From: Pseudodesulfovibrio mercurii
GTDB lineage: Bacteria > Desulfobacterota > Desulfovibrionia > Desulfovibrionales > Desulfovibrionaceae
Assembly: GCF_000189295.2 (NCBI RefSeq)
Contig: NC_016803.1
Location: forward strand, 3,270,001 to 3,302,000
DNA length: 32,000 bases
Direction: 5' to 3'
The first letter of the stretch is position 1, and each line of letters begins with the position of its first letter. Below, one piece after another: positions 7,387 to 17,569 of the stretch. A model generated the notes under the pieces. The model saw nothing but the letters and a program-made list of their open reading frames with translations. It was not told the origin of the DNA and did not search any database. A program made the translations under genes and the position numbers.

Positions 7387-8376
7387 TCAGCAGTTTTCCC
7401 AGCGGTCGGCCTCGGCGCTTTTGAACAGGGCGTCCACGGTGTGTTGGTTGGCGAAGGTGTCCATGATGGAGATGGGGACGGACGTGTCTTCGAGCACGGC
7501 CCGGGCGAAGGCTTCGGCCTGGAGGGTGTACTGGTCGCAGGGGTCGAAGGTGATGGTGTGCGTTTCGCGGTCCTGCTGGAGCAGGATTTCGGTGGGGGCG
7601 TCGGGCGGGGCGTTGAACGGGATGATGATCTCGATGCGGCCCTTTTCGCCCAGAACGTTGACCCGCTGGTAGGGGGCCAGCTGGGTGGAGCAGGTGAAGG
7701 CGGACAGTCTGCCGCCGAAGTCGAGCAGGCCGGAGAAGGTCCGGTCCGTGCCGAACTCGGGGTCCCTGTCCATCCAGCCGAGCACGCGCCGGGGCTGGGC
7801 GTCGAACAGCAGGCGGGACAGGGAGACCTGGTAGCAGCCGATGTCCATGAGTCCGCCGCCGCCCATGTCCGCCTTGTTGCGGATGTTGCCGGGGTCGGCG
7901 TTGAAATAGGAGAAGAAGGACTGGATCGAGGTCGGCCTGCCGATGGCGCCCCGGTCGATGAGCCGCTTGGTTTCCACCCACTGGGGGTGGAAGCGGTACA
8001 TGAACGCCTCCATGACCTTGACCTCCGGGTGGACGGCCATGGCGTTGATCAGGCGGTTGACCTCGCCGTCGTTCAGGCCCAGGGGCTTTTCGCAGAGCAC
8101 GTGCTTGTTCCGGGCCATGGCCTTGAGGGTCCATTCCACGTGCAGGTGGTTGGGCAGGGGGTTGTAGACCGCGTCGATGCCCGGGTCGGCCAGCAGGGCC
8201 TCGTAGCTGCCGTAGGCCTTGGGGATGTTCAGGGCCTCGGCGGTCCGGCGGGCGGCCGATTCGTCGCGCGAGCAGATGGCCTCGACGGTGCAGTTGCGGG
8301 CCTTCTGCATGCCGGGAATGACCTTGGTGCGGCCGATCCTGGCCGTGGACAGCACGCCGATGCGGATGGTCTTCAT
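7387..8376 (-). CDS. Gfo/Idh/MocA family NAD(P)-dependent oxidoreductase
   Basis: Start chosen at the internal ATG 8376 (MKTIRIGVLSTARIGR..., Rossmann N-terminus) with a GGGGGAG RBS. LCEKPL motif present. The track ORF extends to 8493. Confidence 0.9.
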   Translation of the reverse strand: MKTIRIGVLSTARIGRTKVIPGMQKARNCTVEAICSRDESAARRTAEALNIPKAYGSYEALLADPGIDAVYNPLPNHLHVEWTLKAMARNKHVLCEKPLGLNDGEVNRLINAMAVHPEVKVMEAFMYRFHPQWVETKRLIDRGAIGRPTSIQSFFSYFNADPGNIRNKADMGGGGLMDIGCYQVSLSRLLFDAQPRRVLGWMDRDPEFGTDRTFSGLLDFGGRLSAFTCSTQLAPYQRVNVLGEKGRIEIIIPFNAPPDAPTEILLQQDRETHTITFDPCDQYTLQAEAFARAVLEDTSVPISIMDTFANQHTVDALFKSAEADRWENC

Positions 8377-8483
8377 GGGCTCCCCCAGGGTTGACGGTGA
8401 TTGCCGCCTCCCAGTATAACCGGAATCCGTCACCACGCAAGCGCGGATATCCCCGCGAACCAGCCAACAACATCGGAGAGAGC

Positions 8484-8798
8484 ATGACCGCATTCGCCAA
8501 CGCGACCATCAAGAAACAGGCAAACATCTATTTCGACGGCAAGGTAACCAGCCGGACCATCACCCTGAACGACGGCAGCGTCGTCACGCTCGGCATAATG
8601 CTGCCCGGCGAGTACGAGTTCGGCACCGAGAAGCCGGAGTTCATGGAGATCACCTCCGGCGAGCTGTCCGTGCAGCTGCCGGGCATCGACGACTGGGTGG
8701 CCGTGACCTCGGGCCAGAGCTTCAACGTTCCGGGCGAGGCCAAGTTCCGTCTCAAGGTCAGCACCGTGACCGACTACTGCTGTTCCTACCTGGACTAG
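8484..8798 (+). CDS. ppnP: Pyrimidine/purine nucleoside phosphorylase PpnP (DUF1255/YaiE family)
   Basis: 104 aa, MTAFANATIKKQANIYFDGKVTSRTI...GEYEFGTEKPEFMEITSGELSVQLPG...FNVPGEAKFRLKV...YCCSYLD. Collinear with E. coli YaiE/PpnP as I recall it. The track ORF starts earlier, at 8391. Confidence 0.85.
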   Translation: MTAFANATIKKQANIYFDGKVTSRTITLNDGSVVTLGIMLPGEYEFGTEKPEFMEITSGELSVQLPGIDDWVAVTSGQSFNVPGEAKFRLKVSTVTDYCCSYLD

Positions 8799-8806
8799 GA
8801 GGAAGG

Positions 8807-9217
8807 ATGACCGATCAAGGCCAGAGAATCGAATTTGACGGCAAGGGCCCCTATCTGTTTCAGGTGTTGGCCGATCCGCCCGAGGCCACGCTGCTGGAGG
8901 ACCACGAGGTCTGTCTGTTCCGCTTCAACCAGCTCTTCCTGCCCGTGGCCCTGACCGCCTGCGGCCCCATGGCCGAGGCGCTGACCGAGATGTCCCAGGC
9001 CGCCGTGGGCCCCGAGCGCGAGGGCATGATTCCCCTTGAGTTCGACCTGTCGGAGCCCCTGGAGCTGCCGCTGTTGACCGGCGTGGCCGGTGGCAGCCAC
9101 CAGCACGGCGAGACGGTCTATCTGGACGTGCGCTTCGGCGAGACCGAGGCGCGGCTGTGCCTGTCCATCCTGGCAGCGGCGGTCGTCGGCCAGATCCTTT
9201 CCCAGGTCGCCGCCTGA
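8807..9217 (+). CDS. Hypothetical acidic protein (136 aa)
   Basis: Strong RBS (AGGAGGAAGG immediately before the ATG). No recognisable motif. Confidence 0.55.
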   Translation: MTDQGQRIEFDGKGPYLFQVLADPPEATLLEDHEVCLFRFNQLFLPVALTACGPMAEALTEMSQAAVGPEREGMIPLEFDLSEPLELPLLTGVAGGSHQHGETVYLDVRFGETEARLCLSILAAAVVGQILSQVAA

Positions 9218-9368
9218 CCGGCCGCCTGAGCGTTGTCCCGGCCGGGCATGGACCGGCGGGACCGCTCGGGTGCCTCCCGGCAAAGCCTGCCGGTCCCCGC
9301 GTCCGGGGATCCTTTTCCGTGACACCCTGTTGACAAAACAGCCTTTCTGTGTTTTTTTGGTGCGTGTA

Positions 9369-9396
9369 CCGCAAACGTTTGCGGCAACGTTTGCGG
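9369..9396. promoter_or_regulatory. LacI-family-type operator: perfect 16-bp palindrome plus a duplicated half-site
   Basis: ccgcaaacgtttgcgg (9369-9384) is an exact palindrome with the AAnCGnTT core typical of LacI/GalR operators. It is immediately followed by caacgtttgcgg (9385-9396). It lies 73-100 bp upstream of the galT ATG, and a TTGACA hexamer sits at 9330-9335. Confidence 0.6.
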
Positions 9397-9468
9397 CACG
9401 ACCCGGAGGGCGCGGAAGTCTTGGGAAGGACCTCCCTCCGGCGCGATCACGAGAGCCGAGGGGAAGGC

Positions 9469-10527
9469 ATGTTTTTCGAGGACCATCCGCACAGGCGGCT
9501 GAACCGGCTCACCGGCGAATGGGTGCTGGTTTCGCCCCAGCGCACCAAGCGGCCCTGGCAGGGCCAGCAGGAACCGCCCGACCGGGCGGCCCTGCCGCCG
9601 TATGACGAGCACTGCTACCTCTGTCCCGGCAACGGCCGGGCGGGCGGGGCGGTCAATCCCGACTACACCGGCACCTTCGTCTTCACCAACGACTTCGCGG
9701 CCCTGCTGCCCGAGCCGCCCGCGCAGGGGCTCGCCCCGCAGACGGACGGGCTGCTGGTGGCCGAGCCCGAGACCGGCACCTGCCGGGTGATCTGCTATTC
9801 CCCGCGCCACGACCTGACCATGGCCCGGCTGGGCGTGGACCGGGCGGCAGCCGTGGTGGACGTGTGGTGCGAGGAGTTCCGGCAGCTCGGGGGGCGCGAG
9901 GACATCGGCTACGTCCAGATCTTCGAGAACCGTGGCGCGGCCATGGGCTGCTCCAACCCGCATCCCCACGGCCAGATCTGGGCCACCCGGTCCGTCCCCA
10001 TGTACCCGGCCGCCGAGGACCGCCACCAGGCCGCGCACCTGCGCGACCACGGCCAGTGCCTGCTCTGCGCCTACCTGGAGACCGAACTGGCGCGGGGCGA
10101 GCGGATCGTCTTCGAGAACGACTCGTTCGCGGCCCTGGTGCCGTTCTGGGCCCTGTGGCCCTTCGAGACCATGATCCTGCCCAAGGCGCACCTGACGAAC
10201 ATCCCGGCCATGAGCCCGGCCCAGCGGCGCGACCTGGCCGAGGCCATGGTCCGGCTGAACGTGCGCTACGACAATCTTTTCCGGACCTCGTTCCCCTATT
10301 CCATGGGCATCCACCAGGCCCCGACCGACGGCGGGGACCACCCGCACTGGCATTTCCACCTGCACTACTATCCGCCGCTCCTGCGCTCCCGGTCCGTGAA
10401 GAAGTTCATGGTCGGCTTTGAAATGATGGCCATGCCCCAGCGCGACCTGACCGCCGAGTCCGCGGCGGCCCGGCTGCGCGAACAGTCCGAGGTCCACTAC
10501 CTGGACCTGCCGGGCGAGGGCGCGTGA
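9469..10527 (+). CDS. galT: Galactose-1-phosphate uridylyltransferase
   Basis: MFFEDHPHRRLNRLTGEWVLVSPQRTKRPWQGQ..., CYLCPGN zinc motif, and catalytic HPHGQIWA (HxH). Start chosen at the internal ATG 9469. Confidence 0.9.
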   Translation: MFFEDHPHRRLNRLTGEWVLVSPQRTKRPWQGQQEPPDRAALPPYDEHCYLCPGNGRAGGAVNPDYTGTFVFTNDFAALLPEPPAQGLAPQTDGLLVAEPETGTCRVICYSPRHDLTMARLGVDRAAAVVDVWCEEFRQLGGREDIGYVQIFENRGAAMGCSNPHPHGQIWATRSVPMYPAAEDRHQAAHLRDHGQCLLCAYLETELARGERIVFENDSFAALVPFWALWPFETMILPKAHLTNIPAMSPAQRRDLAEAMVRLNVRYDNLFRTSFPYSMGIHQAPTDGGDHPHWHFHLHYYPPLLRSRSVKKFMVGFEMMAMPQRDLTAESAAARLREQSEVHYLDLPGEGA

Positions 10528-11837
10528 TGACGAGCGCGGCCGCATACGCCGAGGCCCTGCGTCGGGGCGACCTGGACGCTGTCCTGGCCGAGCTGTACCG
10601 GCCCGGCGACGTGGCGGCCCAGCGCGCCCGCTATCTCGATCTCCTGGCCCGTTTCGTGGACTGGCCCGGCCCCGGCCCGGCCGCCCTGGTCCTGTCCCCC
10701 GGCCGGACCGAGCTGGGCGGCAATCACACCGATCACAACCTGGGCGTGGTCCTGGCCGCCGCCGTGCAGTTCGACTGCCTGGCCGCGGCCCGGCCCAACG
10801 GCGGGGACGTGGTGCGCATCCGCTCCAAGGGGTTCGACGGCGAGATCGTCGTGGACCTGAACGACCTGGCGCCCCGGCCCGAGGAGGAGGACACCTCCGC
10901 GGCCCTGGTGCGCGGCGTGGCCGCCGGGCTGGCCGGGAACGGCCGCCGGGTGGCCGGGTTCGACGCCCGCGTGGACGGCGAGGTCCCCCTGGGCGCGGGG
11001 TTGAGCTCGTCGGCGGCCTTCGAGGTCCTGGTGGGGCGGATCTTCAGCGAACTGTTCAACGGGGGGGCATGCACCGCCCTGGAGCTGGCCGTGGCGGGCC
11101 GGGCGGCGGAGAACGTCTATTTCGGCAAGCCGTGCGGGCTCATGGACCAGCTCTCCTGCGCGGCCCAGGGCATCCTGTCCATCGACTTCGCGGACCCGGC
11201 CGCCCCGGCCGTGCGCGAGGTGGACTTCGATTTCGAGCGCACCGGGTACCGGCTGGCCGTGGTCGCCACGGGCGGCAGCCACGCGGACCTGACCCCGGAC
11301 TACGCGGCCATCCCGGACGAGATGGGCCGGGCGGCCCGTGCCCTGGGACGGGAGCACGCGCGCGGCCTGACCGTGGACGCGGTCCTGGCCCATGCCGCAC
11401 GGGTGCGTGAGGCGGCCGGGGACCGGGGGGTGCTCCGGCTGATCCATTTCATCGAGGAGACGGACCGCGCCGCCGAGCAGGCCGAGGTCCTGGCGGCCGG
11501 GCGCATGGACGATTTCCTCGACCTGGTCCGGCGGTCCGGGGACTCCTCCTGGCGGTTGTTGCAGAACTGCATCTCGGCCACCGCGCCCCTGGAGCAGCCC
11601 ATCCCCCTGGCCCTGACCCTGACCGAGCGGTTCCTGGGCGGCCGGGGCGCGTGCCGCATCCAGGGCGGCGGCTTCGCCGGGACCATCCAGGCCTACGTGC
11701 CCGAAGGGCTGTTCGCGGCCTACGCGGCGTTCATGGAGGGCATCTTCGGACCGGGGGCGGTCATGCCGCTCAAGGTCCGCAGGCCGGGCTTCGAACGCAT
11801 CTCCCTCGACGGGATCGGCGGGGAGGCGCGGGCATGA
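10527..11837 (+). CDS. galK: GHMP-family sugar kinase, galactokinase-like
   Basis: PGRTELGGNHTDHN (galactokinase signature region) and the GHMP motif PLGAGLSSSAAFEV. The start is ambiguous between GTG 10524 and ATG 10527; both overlap the galT stop. Confidence 0.8.
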   Translation: MTSAAAYAEALRRGDLDAVLAELYRPGDVAAQRARYLDLLARFVDWPGPGPAALVLSPGRTELGGNHTDHNLGVVLAAAVQFDCLAAARPNGGDVVRIRSKGFDGEIVVDLNDLAPRPEEEDTSAALVRGVAAGLAGNGRRVAGFDARVDGEVPLGAGLSSSAAFEVLVGRIFSELFNGGACTALELAVAGRAAENVYFGKPCGLMDQLSCAAQGILSIDFADPAAPAVREVDFDFERTGYRLAVVATGGSHADLTPDYAAIPDEMGRAARALGREHARGLTVDAVLAHAARVREAAGDRGVLRLIHFIEETDRAAEQAEVLAAGRMDDFLDLVRRSGDSSWRLLQNCISATAPLEQPIPLALTLTERFLGGRGACRIQGGGFAGTIQAYVPEGLFAAYAAFMEGIFGPGAVMPLKVRRPGFERISLDGIGGEARA

Positions 11838-12862
11838 GCCAGTTCACCATCAAGGACCTGGCCCGCAAGCTGGGCGTGTCGCCGTCCACGGTGTCCCGCG
11901 CCCTGCGCGGCCACCCGGACATCAGCCCGGCCACCCGGCAGCGCGTGACCGAGGCGGCCGAGAAGTACCAGTACCACCCGAACCAGCTCGCCCAGTCCCT
12001 GCAGAAGAAACGCTCCAACGTCATCGGGGTCATCGTGCCCGAGATCCGGCACCACTTCTTCTCCCACGTCATCGGCGGCATCGAGGAGGTCGCCTACGAC
12101 AACGGCTACACCATCATGGTCTGCCAATCCAACGAGACCCTGGCCCGCGAGATTCTCAACGTCCAGGCGCTGGTGGCCAACCGCGTGGCCGGGTTGCTCA
12201 TCGCCATCTCTTCGGAGACCACGACCTTCGAGCACCTGTCCAGGGCCATGCGCCAGCACGTGCCCCTGGTCCAGTTCGACCGGGTGGTGGAGGAGCTGGA
12301 CACCGGCAAGGTGGTGGTGGACGACTACGCGGCCGCCTTCGGCGCGGTGGAGCACCTGATCAAATCCGGCTACCGGCGCATCGGGCACATGGCCGGGCGG
12401 GAGGGCATCGCCCTGAACCGCCTGCGTTTCGAGGGGTACCGCGACGCCCTTGCGGCCCACGGCCTGCCGCTGGAAGAGAAATTTCACCTCAGCGGCGGGT
12501 ACCGCGAGGAGGACGGCCGGGCCGGGGCCGAGCGCTATCTGGCCCTGGGCGAGCTGCCCGAGGCCATCCTGGCCATCAACGACCCCGTGGCCGTGGGGCT
12601 GTACACCCGGTTCAAGGAGCTGGGCGTGCGCATCCCGGACGACGTGGCCCTGGTGGGTTTCTCCGACACCCCGGCGGCCGCGCTCATCGACCCGGCCCTG
12701 ACCACGGTCTACCAGCCCGCCGTGGACATGGGGCGGACCGCTGTCTCCCTGCTGCTGCGGCAGTTCGCCGAGGGCGCGGACTTCACGCCCGAGACCGTGG
12801 TTCTGAAGACCGAGCTCCGGGTGCGCGGCACCTCCGCGCCCAGGGGGGGCCTATGCAACTGA
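11834..12862 (+). CDS. LacI family transcriptional regulator
   Basis: MSQFTIKDLARKLGVSPSTVSRALRG HTH followed by a periplasmic-binding-protein-like sugar-binding core. ATGA overlap with the galK stop. The track ORF starts upstream at 11651. Confidence 0.9.
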   Translation: MSQFTIKDLARKLGVSPSTVSRALRGHPDISPATRQRVTEAAEKYQYHPNQLAQSLQKKRSNVIGVIVPEIRHHFFSHVIGGIEEVAYDNGYTIMVCQSNETLAREILNVQALVANRVAGLLIAISSETTTFEHLSRAMRQHVPLVQFDRVVEELDTGKVVVDDYAAAFGAVEHLIKSGYRRIGHMAGREGIALNRLRFEGYRDALAAHGLPLEEKFHLSGGYREEDGRAGAERYLALGELPEAILAINDPVAVGLYTRFKELGVRIPDDVALVGFSDTPAAALIDPALTTVYQPAVDMGRTAVSLLLRQFAEGADFTPETVVLKTELRVRGTSAPRGGLCN

Positions 12863-13905
12863 CCCGGCGACCCTTCGGCGCGATCGACGACGGCACCCCA
12901 GTGGAGCTGTTCACCCTGGCCAACGGAGCGGGCATGGAGGCGGACGTGTGCACCTACGGCTCCGCCCTGGTCCGGCTGACCGCGCCAGACCGCAACGGCA
13001 CACTGGCCGACGTGGTCCTGGGGTACGACGACCTGGGCGGCTACCTGCGGGACGAATGCTATTTCGGGCGGCTGGTGGGCCGGGTGGCCAACCGCATCGG
13101 CGGGGCGCGCCTGGTCCTGGACAGCGAGGAATTTCTTCTGGACCGCAACGACGGCCGCCATCACCTGCACGGCGGGCGGGGCGGGTTCCACAGCCGGGTC
13201 TGGCGCGCGGAGCCCGTCGAGACCGGGGGCGGGCCCGGACTGGTCCTGACCCTGGAGAGCCGCGACGGGGACCAGGGCTACCCCGGCAACCTGGCGGTCA
13301 CGGCCGTCTACACCATGACCGACGACGGGTTGCGCCTCGATTTTTCGGCGGCCACGGACCGGACCACGGCGGTCAACCTGACCGCGCACCCCTATTTCAA
13401 CCTGACCGGGCGGACGGGAACGGACTGCCTGGGCCACATCGTGACCATTCCGGCCCGGCGCTACCTGGCCACGGACCCGGAACTGATCCCCACCGGGAGC
13501 CTGGCCGAGGTGGCCGGCACGCCGATGGATTTCCGGGCCGGGGCGGCCGTGGGCGCGCGCATGGGCGAGGACTTTCCGCCCCTGTCCTTCGCCGGGGGCT
13601 ACGACCATTGTTACGTCCTCGATGGACAGGCCGGGCTGAAGCCCGCCGGGTCGGTGTTCGAGCCCGTATCGGGCCGGGGCCTGGAGGTCCTGGCCACCCA
13701 GCCGTGCGTCCAGTTCTATTCCGGCAATCACATCCCGGAAGGGTTGCCCGGCAAGGGCGGCGCGGTGTATGGTGAGAGGTCGGGACTGTGTCTCGAGCCC
13801 CAGGGATTCGTGGACGCACCGGGGCACGCGCCCTTCCCGCAGGTGACGCTGCGCCCCGGACAGGCATACAACCAGACGATTTTGTACAGGTTTTTCGTGA
13901 AGTAG
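12853..13905 (+). CDS. galM: Aldose 1-epimerase (galactose mutarotase)
   Basis: 350 aa, with typical GRVANRI, HLHGG, GYPG and NLTAHPYFNL motifs. Overlaps the regulator stop by 10 nt. Confidence 0.85.
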   Translation: MQLTRRPFGAIDDGTPVELFTLANGAGMEADVCTYGSALVRLTAPDRNGTLADVVLGYDDLGGYLRDECYFGRLVGRVANRIGGARLVLDSEEFLLDRNDGRHHLHGGRGGFHSRVWRAEPVETGGGPGLVLTLESRDGDQGYPGNLAVTAVYTMTDDGLRLDFSAATDRTTAVNLTAHPYFNLTGRTGTDCLGHIVTIPARRYLATDPELIPTGSLAEVAGTPMDFRAGAAVGARMGEDFPPLSFAGGYDHCYVLDGQAGLKPAGSVFEPVSGRGLEVLATQPCVQFYSGNHIPEGLPGKGGAVYGERSGLCLEPQGFVDAPGHAPFPQVTLRPGQAYNQTILYRFFVK

Positions 13906-13941
13906 CACAGGACTGTGCACAGGCAAAAAGAGACGGTCAAC

Positions 13942-15039
13942 ATGGCAAACGTGCAATTGAAGAAGGTGGTCAAACGGTTCGGCGACGTGGAGGTGGTTCA
14001 CGGCATCGACCTCGACATCCAAGACAACGAATTCATCGTCCTGGTCGGCCCGTCGGGCTGCGGCAAGTCCACGGTCCTGCGCATGATCGCGGGCCTGGAG
14101 CCGATTTCCGGCGGCGAGGTGTTCATCGGCGGCCGGATGGTCAACCAGGTCTCGCCCAAGGACCGCAACGTGGCCATGGTCTTCCAGAACTACGCCCTGT
14201 ACCCGCACATGTCCGTGCGCGAGAACATGGGCTTTTCGCTGAAGATGCGCGGCAAGGGCGTGGACGAGATCGCGGCCAAGGTGGACGAGGCCGCCAGGGT
14301 CCTGGAGCTGACCCCGTACCTGGAGCGCAAGCCGTCGGAGCTGTCCGGCGGGCAGCGCCAGCGCGTGGCCATGGGCCGGGCCATCGTCCGCCAGCCGGAC
14401 GTGTTCCTGTTCGACGAGCCCCTGTCCAACCTGGACGCCCAGCTGCGCACCCAGATGCGCATGGAGTTGAGGAAGATGCACCTGCGGCTGGCGACCACGA
14501 CCATCTACGTGACCCACGACCAGACCGAGGCCATGACCCTGGCCGACCGCATCGTCATCCTCAAGGACGGCCACATCCAGCAGGTGGGCACGCCCATCGA
14601 CGTGTTCGAGCGGCCCGCCAACGTCTTCGTGGCCCGGTTCATCGGCAACCCGCCCATGAACATCCTGGAGGGGACCTTCCGGGTGGAGGACGGCCGCCGC
14701 TACGTCCAGGCCGGTCCCTCGAAATTCCCGGTGTCGGACGGCCAGAGCGACTCCTTCAAGGACGGCGCGTCCGTGCTCGCGGGCATCCGCCCGGACTCCA
14801 TCAAGATGGGCGACGGCATCAAGAAGCTGCCCGAGGCATGGATGTGCCAGGGCGAGGTGGTCGTCTCGGAGATCCTCGGCGGCCACTCCCACCTGGAGAT
14901 CGTGGTGGACGGCGAACACCAGCTCATCGCCGAGGTCGAGGGCAGGGTGGTGGCCCATCCCGGCGAGATCGTGCCCATCGGCTTCGAGTTCGACCGCATG
15001 GTCCTGTTCGACCCGGAGACCAAAGAGGCGGTTTATTAA
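13942..15039 (+). CDS. Sugar ABC transporter ATP-binding protein (MalK/UgpC type)
   Basis: [14 protein letters not shown]..., Walker [10 protein letters not shown], signature LSGGQRQRV, Walker B FLFDEP, and a C-terminal TOBE-like regulatory domain. The track ORF starts at GTG 13915. Confidence 0.9.
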   Translation: MANVQLKKVVKRFGDVEVVHGIDLDIQDNEFIVLVGPSGCGKSTVLRMIAGLEPISGGEVFIGGRMVNQVSPKDRNVAMVFQNYALYPHMSVRENMGFSLKMRGKGVDEIAAKVDEAARVLELTPYLERKPSELSGGQRQRVAMGRAIVRQPDVFLFDEPLSNLDAQLRTQMRMELRKMHLRLATTTIYVTHDQTEAMTLADRIVILKDGHIQQVGTPIDVFERPANVFVARFIGNPPMNILEGTFRVEDGRRYVQAGPSKFPVSDGQSDSFKDGASVLAGIRPDSIKMGDGIKKLPEAWMCQGEVVVSEILGGHSHLEIVVDGEHQLIAEVEGRVVAHPGEIVPIGFEFDRMVLFDPETKEAVY

Positions 15040-15118
15040 ATTTTTGGTTTAACAACAGATTGATTTGATTGACTCTTGATTGGCTGAAGTTGAGTTTGCA
15101 AACCTTTAGGAGGTACGT

Positions 15119-16375
15119 ATGAAAAAGGCTTTTGCGAAAATGTTGATCGTGGTTGCGGCCGCGCTGCTGATCGGCGCTCCGCAGGCCGCCCAGGCGGACG
15201 ATCTGAAGGGCGACCTGGAGATCTTCTCCTGGTGGGCCGGTGACGAGGGTCCGGCTCTGGAAGCGTTGATCGACATCTACAAGAAACAGCATCCCGGCGT
15301 GAACGTGATCAACGCCACCGTGACCGGCGGTTCCGGCGTCAACGCCCAGGCCGTGCTCAAGACCCGCATGCTCGGCGGTGAGCCGCCGGACTCCTTCCAG
15401 GTCCACGCTGGCCAGGAGCTCATCGGCACCTGGGTCAAGGCCGACCGCATGGAAGACCTGACCCCGCTGTTCAAGGAGCAGGGCTGGATGGAAGTCTTCC
15501 CCGAAGGCCTCATCAAGCTCATCGGCACCGACAAGGGCATCTGGTCCGTGCCGGTCAACATCCACCGCTCCAACGTCATGTGGTACGTGCCCGCCAACCT
15601 GCAGAAGTGGGGCGTGGCCGCTCCCAAGACCTGGGACGACTTCTTCGCCGCCGCCGACAAGCTGAAGGCGCAGGGCGTGGTGCCCCTGGCCCTGGCCCAG
15701 AACTGGACCGCCAACCACCTGTGGGAATCCGTGGCCCTGGCCGCCATGGGCGCGGACAATTGGGACGCCCTGTGGGCGGGCAAGCTGTCCTTCGATTCTC
15801 CGGAAGTGGTCAAGGCGTGGGAACTGTTCGGCAAGGTCCTGCAGTACACCAACTCGGACGCCCCCTCCCTGTCCTGGCAGCAGGCCACGGACATGGTCGT
15901 TGACGGCCGCGCGGCCTTCAACGTCATGGGCGACTGGGCGGCCGGCTACATGTCCACCACCAAGAAACTCGCCCCCGGCACCGGCTACGGCTGGATCGCC
16001 TCCCCGGACACCACCGGCACCTTCATGTTCCTGGCCGACTCCTTCGGCCTGCCCAAGGGCGCCCCGCACCGCGACAACGCCGTTGCCTGGCTGAAGGTCC
16101 TGGGCTCCAAGGAGGGCTCCGACGCCTTCAACCCGCTGAAGGGCTCCATCTCGGCCCGCAAGGACTCGGACCTGTCCAAGTACAACGCGTACTCCCAGTC
16201 CGCGGCCAAGGATTGGACCGGTGACCGCGTGGTCGGTTCCCTGGCCCACGGCGTGGCCGCCAACGACACCTTCAAGAACGGTTTCGCCTCCATCATGGAG
16301 ATGTTCCTGAAGACCAAGAACCCCCAGGCCGCTTCCAAGGCGTGCGCGCAGCTCGCCAAGAAGGCCGGCATCTAG
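15119..16375 (+). CDS. CUT1-family sugar ABC transporter substrate-binding protein (glucose/mannose/galactose-binding GtsA-like)
   Basis: 418 aa. Signal peptide [35 protein letters not shown]. Confidence 0.85.
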   Translation: MKKAFAKMLIVVAAALLIGAPQAAQADDLKGDLEIFSWWAGDEGPALEALIDIYKKQHPGVNVINATVTGGSGVNAQAVLKTRMLGGEPPDSFQVHAGQELIGTWVKADRMEDLTPLFKEQGWMEVFPEGLIKLIGTDKGIWSVPVNIHRSNVMWYVPANLQKWGVAAPKTWDDFFAAADKLKAQGVVPLALAQNWTANHLWESVALAAMGADNWDALWAGKLSFDSPEVVKAWELFGKVLQYTNSDAPSLSWQQATDMVVDGRAAFNVMGDWAAGYMSTTKKLAPGTGYGWIASPDTTGTFMFLADSFGLPKGAPHRDNAVAWLKVLGSKEGSDAFNPLKGSISARKDSDLSKYNAYSQSAAKDWTGDRVVGSLAHGVAANDTFKNGFASIMEMFLKTKNPQAASKACAQLAKKAGI

Positions 16376-16384
16376 TTTGAGAAT

Positions 16385-17569
16385 ATGAACCAGCCGCGCC
16401 GCGCCGGGAATATCCCCGGCGCGGCCCGGCCCGACACACCGGATTTGCTTATGCGGGAAGCCTCGCTCGACAAGTTGAAAGCGTTCCTGACGCTCCTGCC
16501 GTCCATGATCCTCATCGGCGTCTTCGTCTACGGGTTCATCGGCGACACCATCTGGACCTCCATGACCGACTGGGGCGGAGGGACCGCCATGGCCTTTGCC
16601 CCGGAAAAACATTTCATCGGCCTGGAGAACTATATCGACCTGTTCACCGGGTTCCTGGGCAGCGGATTCCGCCAGGACCTGGTCAACGCGGTCTACTATT
16701 CGATCATGCTCCTGGCCGGGGCCGTGGGACTGGGCATGTTCATCGCCATCCTGCTCGACCAGAAGCCCAGGGGCGAGGACCTGTTGCGGACCATCTTCCT
16801 CTATCCCATGTCCCTGTCGTTCATCGTCTCCGGGACCATCTGGCGCTGGCTGCTCGCCCCCCAGGGCGGGGTCAACGTCCTGCCCAAATATTTCGGCTTC
16901 GAGCCCCTGACCTTCAAGTGGCTGTCCAGCCAGTCGGCCGTCCTGGTCTTCAACTGGCAGGACATCCTGCGCATCCTGCTCTACATCGCGGCCTTCATCC
17001 TGATCCTGGTCGGCGTGTTCATGCTGCGCAAGAACCAGGCCAAGGCCATCAAGCGCTGCCTCCTGCCCGGCATCCTCATCGGGGGATTCGTCTGGCTGTT
17101 CGGCGGGATCATCCCCGACGCCCTGTTCATGGAGGAGGAGCACGGCTTCAACCTGGCCACGCTCGGCATCATCATCGCGACCGTCTGGCAGTATTCCGGC
17201 TACACCATGGCCCTGTACCTGGCCGGATTCAACGGCATTTCCCAGGACCTGCGCGACGCGGCCATGCTCGACGGCGCTTCCAACGTGGCCTACTACCGGC
17301 ACGTGGCCATCCCCATGCTCAAGCCCATCACCATCTCGGCGGTGATCATCCTGTCGCACATCTCGCTGAAGATGTTCGACCTGATCTTCGCCATGACCGG
17401 TCCGGACAACGCGGCCACCGGCCATCCGGCCCTGACCATGTACCTGACCACCTTCCGGGGCAACGAGTTCGCTAGGGGCGCGGCCATCGCCATCGTCCTG
17501 TTCCTGGTGGCGGCCATGTTCATCGTGCCCTACCTCGTCGGCCAGTACCGGCAGCAGGGGAGGCGCTAG
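16385..17569 (+). CDS. Sugar ABC transporter permease
   Basis: 394 aa polytopic membrane protein with a MalF/G-type EAA-like region (DLRDAAMLDGAS). The start is ambiguous between 16385 and 16451. Confidence 0.8.
   Translation: MNQPRRAGNIPGAARPDTPDLLMREASLDKLKAFLTLLPSMILIGVFVYGFIGDTIWTSMTDWGGGTAMAFAPEKHFIGLENYIDLFTGFLGSGFRQDLVNAVYYSIMLLAGAVGLGMFIAILLDQKPRGEDLLRTIFLYPMSLSFIVSGTIWRWLLAPQGGVNVLPKYFGFEPLTFKWLSSQSAVLVFNWQDILRILLYIAAFILILVGVFMLRKNQAKAIKRCLLPGILIGGFVWLFGGIIPDALFMEEEHGFNLATLGIIIATVWQYSGYTMALYLAGFNGISQDLRDAAMLDGASNVAYYRHVAIPMLKPITISAVIILSHISLKMFDLIFAMTGPDNAATGHPALTMYLTTFRGNEFARGAAIAIVLFLVAAMFIVPYLVGQYRQQGRR

Noticed and set aside
9330-9358. A sigma-70 promoter call for galT, based on TTGACA at 9330-9335.
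   Set aside because: At 17-nt spacing the -10 position falls in a T-run (tttttt) with no TATAAT-like hexamer, so it was left as a note rather than a feature.
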